A DNA stretch of 64,000 nt from Candidatus Gottesmanbacteria bacterium RIFCSPHIGHO2_01_FULL_40_15 (GTDB lineage: Bacteria; Patescibacteriota; Microgenomatia; 2-02-FULL-39-11), in NCBI GenBank assembly GCA_001779115.1, contig MFJF01000015.1:22491-86490 (forward strand). The letters are read 5' to 3'. The notes beneath the pieces were generated by a model that worked only from the letters and a program-made list of their open reading frames with translations, did not search any database and was not told the origin of the DNA. The position numbers and the translations under genes were made by a program. Numbering within the stretch: the first letter of the stretch is position 1; every line of letters begins with the position of its first letter. Of the stretch, positions 1-9,586 are shown in pieces.

Positions 1-1389
1 GAAGCAATATATATCCGATGGGCGCAGATAGGTTTGAATGACCCGGCTCACCGTTTTATTTCCCTGACCGACGGCAAACAGCCGCTTTTTACCTGGCTAA
101 TGTATCCGTTTCTTAGTATTTTTACTGATCCGCTTTTTGCCGGCCGGTTTGTTTCGGTTCTTTCCTCGATGCTCGCCGTTTCCGGAATTTACTTCCTGGC
201 CAAAGAATTATTTAACCGCAAAACAGCAGTATTTGCCTGTATTTTATATCTGATTTCACCCTTCGCCCTGCTCTATGACAGGCTGGCCCTAATGGACAGC
301 CTACTCTCGGCGCTTTTGGTTTGGTGCTTATATTTTACGGTTATGCTCACCAGATACAGCCGTCTCTATTTCAGTTTTATGCTGGGAATAACCGCCGGAT
401 TTGGACTCCTTACAAAATCATCAGCCGCTTTCGGTCTTTATCTTTTGCCATTCTCGCTTCTTCTTTTTAATTTTAGCGAAAAAAATAACTTAAATAAATT
501 ATTAAAATGGGCAGTTTTTTCTTTTTTGAGTATAATAATTGCTCAAATTATATATAATTTATTGAGATTATCGCCATATTTTTACATTATAGAACAAAAA
601 AATTATTCTTTCATCATGACGTTTGATGAATTTATAAAATCACCTTTGAGGATTTTTCTGCCTAATCTGAACGGTTTGACCGGATGGCTTTTTTCCTATT
701 TAACAATTCCTGTCGCTGTAATTACCATCATAAATCTGATTATTTCCATAATTAAAGTAAAAAGAATTATATTTTTACTATTTCTCTGGTTTATAATTCC
801 CTTTCTTGCTTTAGCGTTTTTGGGTAAAGTAATTTTCCCTCGTTTTATCCTGTTTATGACGATGCCCTTATTGATAATTGCGGCTGATTTTCTAAGCCGG
901 TTTTATTCATTCGCCAGGATTCGCATGAAATACGCTTATATAGTTATTTTGCTGATTTTAGCCCAATCGTTTTATATTTCACTTGTATTGATAGTAAAAC
1001 CGGTAAATGCCGATATACCGCTTAATGACAGAAACCAGTTCTTTGATGATTGGCCGTCGGGATTCGGAGTCAGGCAGGTAGTCGATTATATCGAAAACGA
1101 ATCCCGAAAAGGAAAAGTGGTATTGGGAACGGAGGGTACGTTCGGCCTGAATCCGGCCGCGTATGAAATATATCTCAAGTCCAATGACAACATCATTATA
1201 AAAGGATATTGGCCTGTAAAATCAGTGCCCGCTGAACTGAAAAACTATGCCCGCCTTTATCCTACATATCTTGTCTTTAAAGATACACAGGAATTTCCCG
1301 GTAACTGGCCTTTAAAACTGGTTGCCCGATACCGGCGCGGTTTAAAAAACACTTATTTGTATTTCTATCAGGTGATTCCTGAAGATTAA
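1..1389 (+). CDS. GT-C fold membrane glycosyltransferase (ArnT/PMT-like), 5' end outside window
   Basis: Frame is open from base 1 (EAIYIRWAQIGLNDPAHRFISLTDGKQPLF), so the TTG at 34 is not the real start. Polytopic protein with GK-x-PLF loop, DRLALMD and FPRFIL motifs. Confidence 0.8.
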   Translation, partial: EAIYIRWAQIGLNDPAHRFISLTDGKQPLFTWLMYPFLSIFTDPLFAGRFVSVLSSMLAVSGIYFLAKELFNRKTAVFACILYLISPFALLYDRLALMDSLLSALLVWCLYFTVMLTRYSRLYFSFMLGITAGFGLLTKSSAAFGLYLLPFSLLLFNFSEKNNLNKLLKWAVFSFLSIIIAQIIYNLLRLSPYFYIIEQKNYSFIMTFDEFIKSPLRIFLPNLNGLTGWLFSYLTIPVAVITIINLIISIIKVKRIIFLLFLWFIIPFLALAFLGKVIFPRFILFMTMPLLIIAADFLSRFYSFARIRMKYAYIVILLILAQSFYISLVLIVKPVNADIPLNDRNQFFDDWPSGFGVRQVVDYIENESRKGKVVLGTEGTFGLNPAAYEIYLKSNDNIIIKGYWPVKSVPAELKNYARLYPTYLVFKDTQEFPGNWPLKLVARYRRGLKNTYLYFYQVIPED

Positions 1390-3038
1390 TGCGAAAATTA
1401 CCAGGTTTATATTTTTTTTTAACTCTGATTTTCCTGCTGATTATTTCTTTAGTTTATTCATGGCCTTTTTTCAAGCCGGGTCTGATTGTAACGGACGATG
1501 GTATTTGGTCGGTTGTGCGTCTTGCGGAAATGGTCAGAGAGTTAAAAGATTTCCAGATTCCTCCGCGCTGGGCCGGATACCTTAACCATGGATACGGTTA
1601 TCCTCTTTTTTCCTTTGCTTATCCCTTGCCTTATTATTTGGGTGCGTTTTTGAAATTTACGGGATTGTCCTATGTTTCTGCCGTAAAATTTTTATTTATC
1701 GGCAGCACGTTCCTTTCAGTGTTTTTCATGTATCTGTTGGGATCGACCTTAACCGGTCCCGGCGGAGGATTAACGGCAGCTCTTTTTTATTTGATAGCTC
1801 CTTACCGGTTAACCGATCTTTATGTCCGGGGTTCTTTAGGAGAATCAATCAGTTTCCTTTTTTTTCCGCTGATTTTTTACCTGACGGTTAAAATATTTAA
1901 AGAAAGTCCCGGTTTTAAGCCTATTTTTCTCAGTCTGTCCCTTTCCGCTTTGATGCTTTGCCATAATGTCATGGCTGTCCTTTTCATCCCTGTTTGGCTT
2001 TTTTTTGTATTTTTTCTTAATTTTTCCCGCTTCGGAAGGAAAGAAAATGATAAAAAGACATCACCGGTCATTAAATTTCTACCGGTGCAGTTTTTAAAGA
2101 TTTTATTTCTGTCACTCTCTTTGGCGGCATTTTTTATTCTTCCGGCTCTGATGGAAAAAAAATTCCTTGTACTGGATAAAATTCAGCTGGCCGCCAAAAG
2201 CCTCAATTTCATTTCACTCATCAATTTAGTCACCCGGCCGCAAAATACGGTCTATCCCTTTTTCAATTTGGGAATTCCGCAACTGACGGTTGCCGGTCTT
2301 TCTGTATTAGCGCTTTTCAGGATGAAAAAGGATCTTGATCACCGGAGCTTTATGATCTCTGTCCTGATAATTTTAGCCGCCCTTATTTTTCTCACCAATA
2401 ATATAAGTTCATTTTTCTGGCAGCTTCCGATTCTCAATTCAATTGATTTTCCCTGGCGGGTTATGGGTTTGGTCATTTTCATGTTGGCTTTATTAACCTC
2501 ATTTATCGGTTCAAACAGGAATTTATTGGCATTTGGTCTCCTTCTTGCCGGTATCGGCTTTTTCCGGAATCTTTCCCTTATTAATCCTGCCGGATACACT
2601 AAACAAAATGATGAATATTACCTGACTAACGATGCCACCACAACATCCAAAGACGAATTTATGCCTATTTGGGTGACTGATCCCCCAGGAAAAAGATTTT
2701 CGGAAAAAGTCTCATTACCGGAAAACGCTCTCATTTCCGATCTCGTCTACAATTCCAAAACAGTAAAATTTAACCTGCTGTCCCGACAGCCGGGTCGCCT
2801 GATAATAAATACAATTTACTTTCCCGGGTGGCAGGCCACTTTAAACGGAAAAAATACCGCAATTATATACAATAATCCCCAGGGACTGATCTCCCTGGAT
2901 TATCCTTCCGGGGCTTCACGGATTGAAGCGTTTTTTAAGGAAACCCCGTTAAGAAAGACAGCCGACGTCATAAGTTTGCTGGCCCTTATTTATATAATTT
3001 TCTCAATTATGAAAAGAGTTTTTAAATATGTCAGGTAA
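1389..3038 (+). CDS. GT-C-like membrane protein, PF10131/YfhO-related
   Basis: TDDG..R, PPRW...LNHGYGYPLF, APYR...YVRGSLGE, FPWR and C-terminal YFPGWQA.LNG motifs; about 12 TM segments. Confidence 0.75.
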   Translation: MRKLPGLYFFLTLIFLLIISLVYSWPFFKPGLIVTDDGIWSVVRLAEMVRELKDFQIPPRWAGYLNHGYGYPLFSFAYPLPYYLGAFLKFTGLSYVSAVKFLFIGSTFLSVFFMYLLGSTLTGPGGGLTAALFYLIAPYRLTDLYVRGSLGESISFLFFPLIFYLTVKIFKESPGFKPIFLSLSLSALMLCHNVMAVLFIPVWLFFVFFLNFSRFGRKENDKKTSPVIKFLPVQFLKILFLSLSLAAFFILPALMEKKFLVLDKIQLAAKSLNFISLINLVTRPQNTVYPFFNLGIPQLTVAGLSVLALFRMKKDLDHRSFMISVLIILAALIFLTNNISSFFWQLPILNSIDFPWRVMGLVIFMLALLTSFIGSNRNLLAFGLLLAGIGFFRNLSLINPAGYTKQNDEYYLTNDATTTSKDEFMPIWVTDPPGKRFSEKVSLPENALISDLVYNSKTVKFNLLSRQPGRLIINTIYFPGWQATLNGKNTAIIYNNPQGLISLDYPSGASRIEAFFKETPLRKTADVISLLALIYIIFSIMKRVFKYVR

Positions 3039-4749
3039 ACCGGTATCCATTCTGATGCTGATTACGGTATTGGTACTATCCTATTTTTCCGTCCGTCCGG
3101 TATTTATTAAAGGTTACTTTCCCGTGCATGACGATACTCAGCCGGCCAGGGTTTTAGTCATGTCGGAGCAGTTAAGAAAAGGCATCTTTCCTGTGAGGTT
3201 GGTTGACCGCCTCGGCTATGGATACGGTTATCCCTTATTTAATTTTTACGCACCGCTCCCGTATTATTTGGGCTCTTTATTTCATCTGGCCGGATTCTCT
3301 CTTATTTTTTCCGTAAAACTGATGTTTGCTTTTGGAGTGATATTGGCGGCAGTATTTATGTATCTTTTGGCGGTTGAAATCGCCGGGTCCTTCTTTGCTG
3401 CCGCAGCTGCCGTCTTTTATTTGTACGCTCCATACCATGCCGTCAATGTCTATGTCAGAGGTGCGGTCGGAGAGTACTATGCTTATGCATTCCTGCCGTT
3501 ATTGGGACTTGGAATATTGCGCGTAATAAAATCATCTGCCGGAAAATCCGACCACCGTATCCGTCCGGTGTTGCCACTGATACTTGGACTGGCCGGAATA
3601 CTGTTAAGTCATAATATTTTTGGTCTGGTTACTCTATATCTTTTGATCATTTTGATTCTGTATGGACTGTATCGCCAATTAAGAAAAAAAGGAGGCTGTC
3701 ATCTGATGCAAATTCTCATGAATATGGCTTTAGGAATCGGACTGTCCGCTTTTTTTATCCTGCCTGCTTTTTTGGAAAGCCACTTTACCCGTGTTGCCGG
3801 TCTTTCGGCGGGATCAAACAGTTACGATCTGCATTTTATCTCCTTGTTTCAGTTATGGGATTCTCCCTGGGGTTTCGGCGGTTCTGTTCCGGGCTTAAAC
3901 GACGGCATGTCTTTTAAGATCGGAAAACTGCACCTTTTAATAGCGGTTTTAGGGCTCATCCGTTTTATCTTTCTTGGTCCAAAAAACCCAAAATCAGCTG
4001 CTAAAAAATTTCTGGTTCCGGCTTCACTTTTTCTTTTTCTCCTTTCTGTCTTTTTTATGCTTCCCGTATCCTCTTTTTTGTATCGTTTGTTGCCGTATAT
4101 GAACTTTATCCAGTATCCGTGGCGTTTTTTGAATATCTCTCTTTTTGCCCTCAGCCTGGGTATAGCTCCGCTGTTTTATAATATGAAAAATAAATTTCAG
4201 GCAATATCTGCCTTTTTAATCATCTTCTCTATACAAGGCGTAAACCTGAAATATTTTAATCCGAGAACAGTTCATCCGTTTGATGAAGCCGATTATAAAA
4301 ATCCTGTTAATCTGAAGTTTACAATTTCCAGAATTTCTGACGAGTATTTGCCTCCCGGTATAAACATTCCCCAAACTGCCCGTGATCTTCCCGGTTCATC
4401 TCTGCCGGCAACTCCGGAAATGCCCGTTTATGAATTGACCGGTACGACCGTTTTTAAAAAATTCATGGTTGATAAAAAGGAAACGGGTCCGGTTGTCACC
4501 AAAATGGCATATTTCCCCGGTTGGCAGGCAAAAATTGACTCAAGTGCGGTAAGGGTTGTAAATAGAGAGGGTTTGATTGCTCTTCATGTTCCCGCCGGAA
4601 AGCATATTCTTGAATTGGAATTCAAAAATACGCCGGTAAGATTTACCGGTAACGCGATTTCCATTTCAAGTATTGTTCTGTTACTATATTTACTGTTGGT
4701 GCTGCCGATTAAATATATTTTATGCAAAGAGCCAGATCCGTCGAGGTAG
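3028..4749 (+). CDS. GT-C-like membrane protein, PF10131/YfhO-related (paralog of upstream gene)
   Basis: HDD..PAR, GYGYGYPLFNFY, APYH...YVRGAVGE, QYPWRF, YFPGWQA motifs. Confidence 0.75.
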   Translation: MSGKPVSILMLITVLVLSYFSVRPVFIKGYFPVHDDTQPARVLVMSEQLRKGIFPVRLVDRLGYGYGYPLFNFYAPLPYYLGSLFHLAGFSLIFSVKLMFAFGVILAAVFMYLLAVEIAGSFFAAAAAVFYLYAPYHAVNVYVRGAVGEYYAYAFLPLLGLGILRVIKSSAGKSDHRIRPVLPLILGLAGILLSHNIFGLVTLYLLIILILYGLYRQLRKKGGCHLMQILMNMALGIGLSAFFILPAFLESHFTRVAGLSAGSNSYDLHFISLFQLWDSPWGFGGSVPGLNDGMSFKIGKLHLLIAVLGLIRFIFLGPKNPKSAAKKFLVPASLFLFLLSVFFMLPVSSFLYRLLPYMNFIQYPWRFLNISLFALSLGIAPLFYNMKNKFQAISAFLIIFSIQGVNLKYFNPRTVHPFDEADYKNPVNLKFTISRISDEYLPPGINIPQTARDLPGSSLPATPEMPVYELTGTTVFKKFMVDKKETGPVVTKMAYFPGWQAKIDSSAVRVVNREGLIALHVPAGKHILELEFKNTPVRFTGNAISISSIVLLLYLLLVLPIKYILCKEPDPSR

Positions 4750-5459
4750 TTATTCCTATCTATAATGAACAGGAGGAGCTTGCTGACAGTATTATCAAGC
4801 TCCGTTCGTTTTTAAAAAAGAATTTGAAAGACTTCAATTGGCATATTACCATTGCCGATAACGCTTCAACTGACGAAAGCCTTAATATTGCCAGAAAACT
4901 AAAATCCCGTTATACCGGTGTCGGTTTTATTCATCTGGATGAAAAAGGCCGGGGCCGGGCTGTTAAAAAAGCCTGGCAAACAAGCAGGGCTGATTTCTTA
5001 TCTTATATGGACGTAGATCTGTCTTCAGACCTCAGGTATTTCCGGACATTAATTACTGCACTGGTTGACGGATATGATATATCGATAGGCAACCGGCTTA
5101 TGAAAGGATCAATCGTTAAAAAACGCCCTTTGAAAAGGGAAGTTCTTTCAAGGGGATATAATATTCTGATAAAATTACTGTTTTTGGTTCATTTCAGTGA
5201 TGCACAATGCGGTTTTAAAGCTGTCAACCGGAAAGTAGCCGACCGCTTATTGCCGAATATTAAGGATAATGCCTGGTTTTTTGACAGTGAGCTCCTGATT
5301 ACCGGTGAAAAGGTCGGCTATAAAATATTCCAGGTACCGGTTTCCTGGACCGATAATCCCGGATCAACCGTCCGGGTTTTAAAAACAGTTTCGGGTGATT
5401 TGGCCGGTCTTTTACGGTTATTCCTGGATCGGCCTTGGCGCAAAATAAATAAAGTTTAA
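4722..5459 (+). CDS. GT2 polyprenyl/dolichyl-phosphate glycosyltransferase (ALG5/DPM1-like)
   Basis: VIPIYNE, ADNASTD, YMDVDLS, DAQCGFKA, WFFDSELL. Confidence 0.85.
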   Translation: MQRARSVEVVIPIYNEQEELADSIIKLRSFLKKNLKDFNWHITIADNASTDESLNIARKLKSRYTGVGFIHLDEKGRGRAVKKAWQTSRADFLSYMDVDLSSDLRYFRTLITALVDGYDISIGNRLMKGSIVKKRPLKREVLSRGYNILIKLLFLVHFSDAQCGFKAVNRKVADRLLPNIKDNAWFFDSELLITGEKVGYKIFQVPVSWTDNPGSTVRVLKTVSGDLAGLLRLFLDRPWRKINKV

Positions 5460-5461
5460 AC

Positions 5462-6481
5462 ATGAAAAATATTTTCATTACGGGAGGAGCCGGTTTCATC
5501 GGGTCAAACCTGGCTGCCCATTTTATTAAAAAAGGAAAAAAAGTAACTGTTTTTGATAACCTTTCAAGGCAGGGAGGAAAAGCCAATTTGGACTGGCTGT
5601 CTTCTTTGGGTCCTTTCAAATTCACAAGAGGAGATATCAGGAATAAATCTGAACTTGAAAAGGCGGTTAGGGGGGCTGATGCAATACTCCATCTGGCTGG
5701 TCAGGTTGCCGTAACCACATCAGTTGACGATCCTGCCACAGACTTTGACATTAATGCTTTGGGTACCTTTAATCTCCTTGAAGCTGTCAGAACTTCCGGA
5801 AAAAAAATTCCAGTCATATTTTCATCAACTAATAAAGTTTACGGCGGAATGGAGAATATCAAAGTCATAGAAAAAAATGGCCAGTATATATATAAAGACT
5901 ATAAGTTCGGAATCGCCGAAACTAAAAACCTTGATTTCCATTCACCCTACGGCTGTTCTAAGGGGGCGGCCGATCAGTATATGCGGGATTATTACCGCAT
6001 CTATGATATTCCGACAGTTGTTTTCCGTCAATCCTGCATTTACGGTCCGCGTCAATTCGGTATTGAAGACCAGGGTTGGGTAGCCTGGTTTATTATCGCT
6101 GCTTTTTCCGGAAAAAAAATAACTGTTTACGGCGATGGTAAACAGGTCAGGGATGTGCTTTTTATTGATGATCTGGTTGGGCTTTTTGATATTACACTCG
6201 CAAACATAAATAAATCCGCCGGTAAAATATATAACGTCGGAGGCGGATTTACTAATATACTTTCAGTTTGGACAAAGTTCGGACCTATTTTGGAGGATCT
6301 TTTCGGGCATAAAATAAGAGTGAGTTTCAGCCGGTGGCGGCCCGGTGATCAGAAAGTTTATATTAGTGATATTAGACAGGTTAAAAAAGAGCTCGGTTGG
6401 CAACCCAAAGTCGGAGTTAAAGAGGGTATATCAAAATTATTTAAGTGGGTGGGCAGTAATCAGAATCTGTTCAAATCTTGA
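5462..6481 (+). CDS. NAD-dependent epimerase, CDP-paratose/tyvelose 2-epimerase-like
   Basis: GGAGFIG, QVAVTTS, SSTNKVYG, HSPYGCSKG, EDQGWVAWF, RPGDQ. Confidence 0.8.
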   Translation: MKNIFITGGAGFIGSNLAAHFIKKGKKVTVFDNLSRQGGKANLDWLSSLGPFKFTRGDIRNKSELEKAVRGADAILHLAGQVAVTTSVDDPATDFDINALGTFNLLEAVRTSGKKIPVIFSSTNKVYGGMENIKVIEKNGQYIYKDYKFGIAETKNLDFHSPYGCSKGAADQYMRDYYRIYDIPTVVFRQSCIYGPRQFGIEDQGWVAWFIIAAFSGKKITVYGDGKQVRDVLFIDDLVGLFDITLANINKSAGKIYNVGGGFTNILSVWTKFGPILEDLFGHKIRVSFSRWRPGDQKVYISDIRQVKKELGWQPKVGVKEGISKLFKWVGSNQNLFKS

Positions 6482-6485
6482 AGAT

Positions 6486-7610
6486 ATGCCAAAATACAAC
6501 AACATTTTAGTCACCGGCGGAGCCGGTTTTATCGGTTCGCATTTGGTCGACGCTTTAATTACTAAAGGTTTTAAAGTCCGGGTTCTTGATAATCTCGATA
6601 AACAGATACACCCCTCTGGCAAGCTTCCTGCATACTTTAACAGGAAAGCTCAATTCATTAAAGGCGATGTAGTTAAAACTGAAGATTGGCGTAAAGCGTT
6701 AAACAAAATTGATTGTGTTTTTCATTTTGCTTCAGCTGTCGGCGTCGGCCAGAGTATGTATGAGATTGAAAAATACGTGCGCGTCAACTGTCTTGGGACG
6801 GCGCTTTTTCTTGACATGTTGGCCAATAAGAGTCACGGCGTTAGAAAAATTATTGTGGCCGCTTCCATGAGTTCTTACGGTGAAGGAAGCTACATTTGCA
6901 GTAAATGCGGTATTGTCAGACCGGATCTTCGTCCCCAATCTCAGCTGAAAAAAAGAGACTGGCAGGTATATTGTCCTGAATGTGGCATTTGGGTAACGCC
7001 TGTTCCGACAAAAGAAGAAGCCAAGCAGAATTCCAATTCTATTTATGCGATTACCAAAAAAAACCAGGAAGACATGATTCTGACAACCGGTAAAACTTAC
7101 GGTATTCCCTCTGTTGCCCTCCGTTTTTTTAATGTTTACGGTCCCAGACAATCACTTTCCAATCCCTATAACGGTGTGGCTGCCATATTCCTCAGCCGCA
7201 TCAAAAATAATAAACCGCCTGTAATAAATGAAGACGGTTTTCAGACCAGGGATTTTATCCATATTACTGATGTTGTTTCAGCCTGTATTGCCGCCATGGA
7301 AAAATCCTCAGGGGATTACGAAGTATTTAATGTAGGCAGCGGTAAACCTGTTACTATATTGGAAGTAGCCGGGGTTATAAGCAGATTATTAAAAAGTTCT
7401 ATTAAACCTGACATAACGGGTAAAGCAAGAAAACTTGATGTCCGTCATTGCTATGCCGATCTGAAAAAAATTAAAAAACTGCTCGGTTGGTCTCCCAAAA
7501 TTAAACTCTTGGAAGGATTTGCCGGACTGATTGAATGGGGTAAATATGAGAAAGCGCGGGATAAGGTGGATTATGCTCTTGGTGAATTGGAAAAAAGAGG
7601 ATTAAGATGA
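6486..7610 (+). CDS. NAD-dependent epimerase/dehydratase (extended SDR) with CxxC...CxxC insertion
   Basis: Start reassigned to ATG 6486 (MPKYNNILVTGGAGFIG). YAITK catalytic motif, RFFNVYGPRQ, and a CSKC/CPEC insert. Confidence 0.85.
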   Translation: MPKYNNILVTGGAGFIGSHLVDALITKGFKVRVLDNLDKQIHPSGKLPAYFNRKAQFIKGDVVKTEDWRKALNKIDCVFHFASAVGVGQSMYEIEKYVRVNCLGTALFLDMLANKSHGVRKIIVAASMSSYGEGSYICSKCGIVRPDLRPQSQLKKRDWQVYCPECGIWVTPVPTKEEAKQNSNSIYAITKKNQEDMILTTGKTYGIPSVALRFFNVYGPRQSLSNPYNGVAAIFLSRIKNNKPPVINEDGFQTRDFIHITDVVSACIAAMEKSSGDYEVFNVGSGKPVTILEVAGVISRLLKSSIKPDITGKARKLDVRHCYADLKKIKKLLGWSPKIKLLEGFAGLIEWGKYEKARDKVDYALGELEKRGLR

Positions 7611-8350
7611 CAGTTTCATTCATAATTCCCTTCCATAATGAAGGAAAAAACTGCCAACCGATGGTAGAACGTGTAGCGGCTTTTGCTGAAAAAAATGATA
7701 TTGATTATGAAATAATTCCGGTGGATGACAGAAGTAATGATAAAACACGGCAAATCCTTAAGAATTTATGCGCGAAAAACAGGCGAATAAAACCCGTTAT
7801 ACGAAAAGAGGACAGCGTGGAAAAGGGAAATACTATGGGCAGTGCCCTTATGGAAGGAACGGTAAAATCAATCGGCCGTTTTATAATTTGGACTATGGGC
7901 GATATGGCCGACAATACTGCAACTTATAAAGATATACTGGATAAACTTAACGGCAATTATGATATGGTTTTTGGTTCCCGTTATATGCCCGGCGGTTCAC
8001 GGGGTAATCTTGATCCTTTGAAAGCGACTTTAAGCTCAACAGGCACTTTCCTGGCCCGGATTCTGTTTGGAATTCCCGTTCATGATATAACTAATGCCTT
8101 CCGGGGTTTTAAAAAAGAAGTATTTCAGAAAGTAAGCCTGGAAGAGACCGGATTCGGCATTTCACCTGAATTTGCCATTAAAGCCCATATGGCCGGATTT
8201 AAGCTCGGGGAAGTTCCGACAACATACGCCAACAGGGTTGAAGGAATCTCCAATTTTAAACTATATAAAATGACCAGGGGATACCTTTTATTATACTTCA
8301 AACTCCTTCTAAAATACCGGCTTCACAAAAAAAAGCTGGTCCTTCACTGA
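7607..8350 (+). CDS. GT2 polyprenyl-phosphate glycosyltransferase (DPM1-like)
   Basis: IIPFHNE, VDDRSND, MGDMAD, GSRY..GG, DITNAFR, EVPTTY.NR. Confidence 0.8.
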   Translation: MTVSFIIPFHNEGKNCQPMVERVAAFAEKNDIDYEIIPVDDRSNDKTRQILKNLCAKNRRIKPVIRKEDSVEKGNTMGSALMEGTVKSIGRFIIWTMGDMADNTATYKDILDKLNGNYDMVFGSRYMPGGSRGNLDPLKATLSSTGTFLARILFGIPVHDITNAFRGFKKEVFQKVSLEETGFGISPEFAIKAHMAGFKLGEVPTTYANRVEGISNFKLYKMTRGYLLLYFKLLLKYRLHKKKLVLH

Positions 8351-8359
8351 GATATTTGA

Positions 8360-9526
8360 TTATCTCAACCAATTTTCAGTTAACCGTTTAAACCTGTTTT
8401 CGCTTATGGCTTCCCTTATTTCATTCATGAGTGAGCCGAAAAAAAACAGGTTGTGTATAGTAGCCAGCCTGTATGAAAGAAGCTCCCGGCTCCTGAATAA
8501 ATGGTTTAAGTAAGAGCGGGAAAAATTACTGCAGGTATAGCAGGAGCAATTTTTGACAGGGGGCCGCTTGTCACCGGTATAAATACTTTTGATAATGTCA
8601 TATCTGAATTTATTTTTAAGCCCTGCATTTTTGTCAAAAATCCATCCCATCCTTCCCAGTCTGGTCGGTGTTACACAATCCAAGCTGTCAATTCCTTTGC
8701 CGACAGATATGAAAATATCTTCAATTTCCCCGATCCCCAGAAAGTGGATAGGTTTTTCAGTCGGAAGCAAATAAGGCAGCGTCCAGTCCAAAACGGCAAA
8801 AACTTTCTCCCGCGGTTCACGGCTGTTGGCCACGCTGCCGATGGCCAATCCGTCAAAGGACAGGTGGCTCATAAATTCAGCTGATTCTTGCCGCAAATCC
8901 TTAAAAACTGATCCCTGAACTATCCCGTATAGAAATTGTTCAGTTACTCTTTTTTTTATAAGTAAATCAAGGCAAATACGGGCCCATCGGTGAGTCCTTT
9001 CCATGGCGGTAATTGCCTTTTCCCGAATAATTGGATAGAAAGTACATTCATCAAAGGCCATTAAAATATCCGCGCCCAACTCGAGTTGCGCCCGAATTGA
9101 TTCAACCGGACCCAAAAATTGCCTGCTTCCGTCCCATGCTGATTTGAATGTTATACCCGAATCGGATATTTTCACCAGCGTTTTTTCAATCCTGTTTTGC
9201 CGCGGACCGTGTTCCGACAGGGAAAAGGCCTGGAATCCTCCGGAGTCCGTCATGACAGGTCCGCTCCAGTTCATAAATTTATGAAGCCCCCCGGATTTTT
9301 TAACCGTTGCCACACCCGGGCGGAAAAGCATATGGTAAGTATTGACAAAAAAAACATCCAGATTTGCTGCCCGTATTTCCTCAGGGGTTACCGATTTTAC
9401 AACGGCGCCTGTTCCGACCGGAACAAATGCCGGTGTTCTTATAACGCCGTGTGAAGTATGTATTTCTCCCGCTCGGGCCGACGATTTATTATCCCTGAAT
9501 TTGATATTAAACTTTAAATTGGACAT
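8360..9526 (-). CDS. tgt: tRNA-guanine(34) transglycosylase
   Basis: TPAFVPVGT, NTYHM, MTDSGGFQ, AFDECT, GIVQG, DCVTPTR, and Zn site CSCYTC...HN. Confidence 0.95.
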   Translation of the reverse strand: MSNLKFNIKFRDNKSSARAGEIHTSHGVIRTPAFVPVGTGAVVKSVTPEEIRAANLDVFFVNTYHMLFRPGVATVKKSGGLHKFMNWSGPVMTDSGGFQAFSLSEHGPRQNRIEKTLVKISDSGITFKSAWDGSRQFLGPVESIRAQLELGADILMAFDECTFYPIIREKAITAMERTHRWARICLDLLIKKRVTEQFLYGIVQGSVFKDLRQESAEFMSHLSFDGLAIGSVANSREPREKVFAVLDWTLPYLLPTEKPIHFLGIGEIEDIFISVGKGIDSLDCVTPTRLGRMGWIFDKNAGLKNKFRYDIIKSIYTGDKRPPVKNCSCYTCSNFSRSYLNHLFRSRELLSYRLATIHNLFFFGSLMNEIREAISENRFKRLTENWLR

Positions 9527-9551
9527 ACTTCTTATATTCGGTAATTTCTTT

Positions 9552-9576
9552 TATAATGCCGGTAATTAATCCGGCA
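9552..9576 (+). promoter_or_regulatory. TATAAT -10 box followed by inverted repeat TGCCGG-N8-CCGGCA in the divergent tgt/cupin gap
   Basis: TATAAT at 9552-9557 and inverted repeat at 9557-9576, in a 60-bp divergent intergenic region. Confidence 0.4.
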
Positions 9577-9586
9577 AATTCCTTTA

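Noticed and set aside
1389-4749. Link between the '6-pyruvoyl-tetrahydropterin synthase-related' (PF10131-like) proteins and tgt/queuosine synthesis
   Set aside because: These are polytopic GT-C-like proteins with no QueD/PTPS T-fold motifs; the family name is misleading
8360-9526. tgt as a DpdA-type DNA-modification (7-deazaguanine) system
   Set aside because: The sequence has the full canonical tRNA TGT motif set, and no dpdB-K or que genes are nearby
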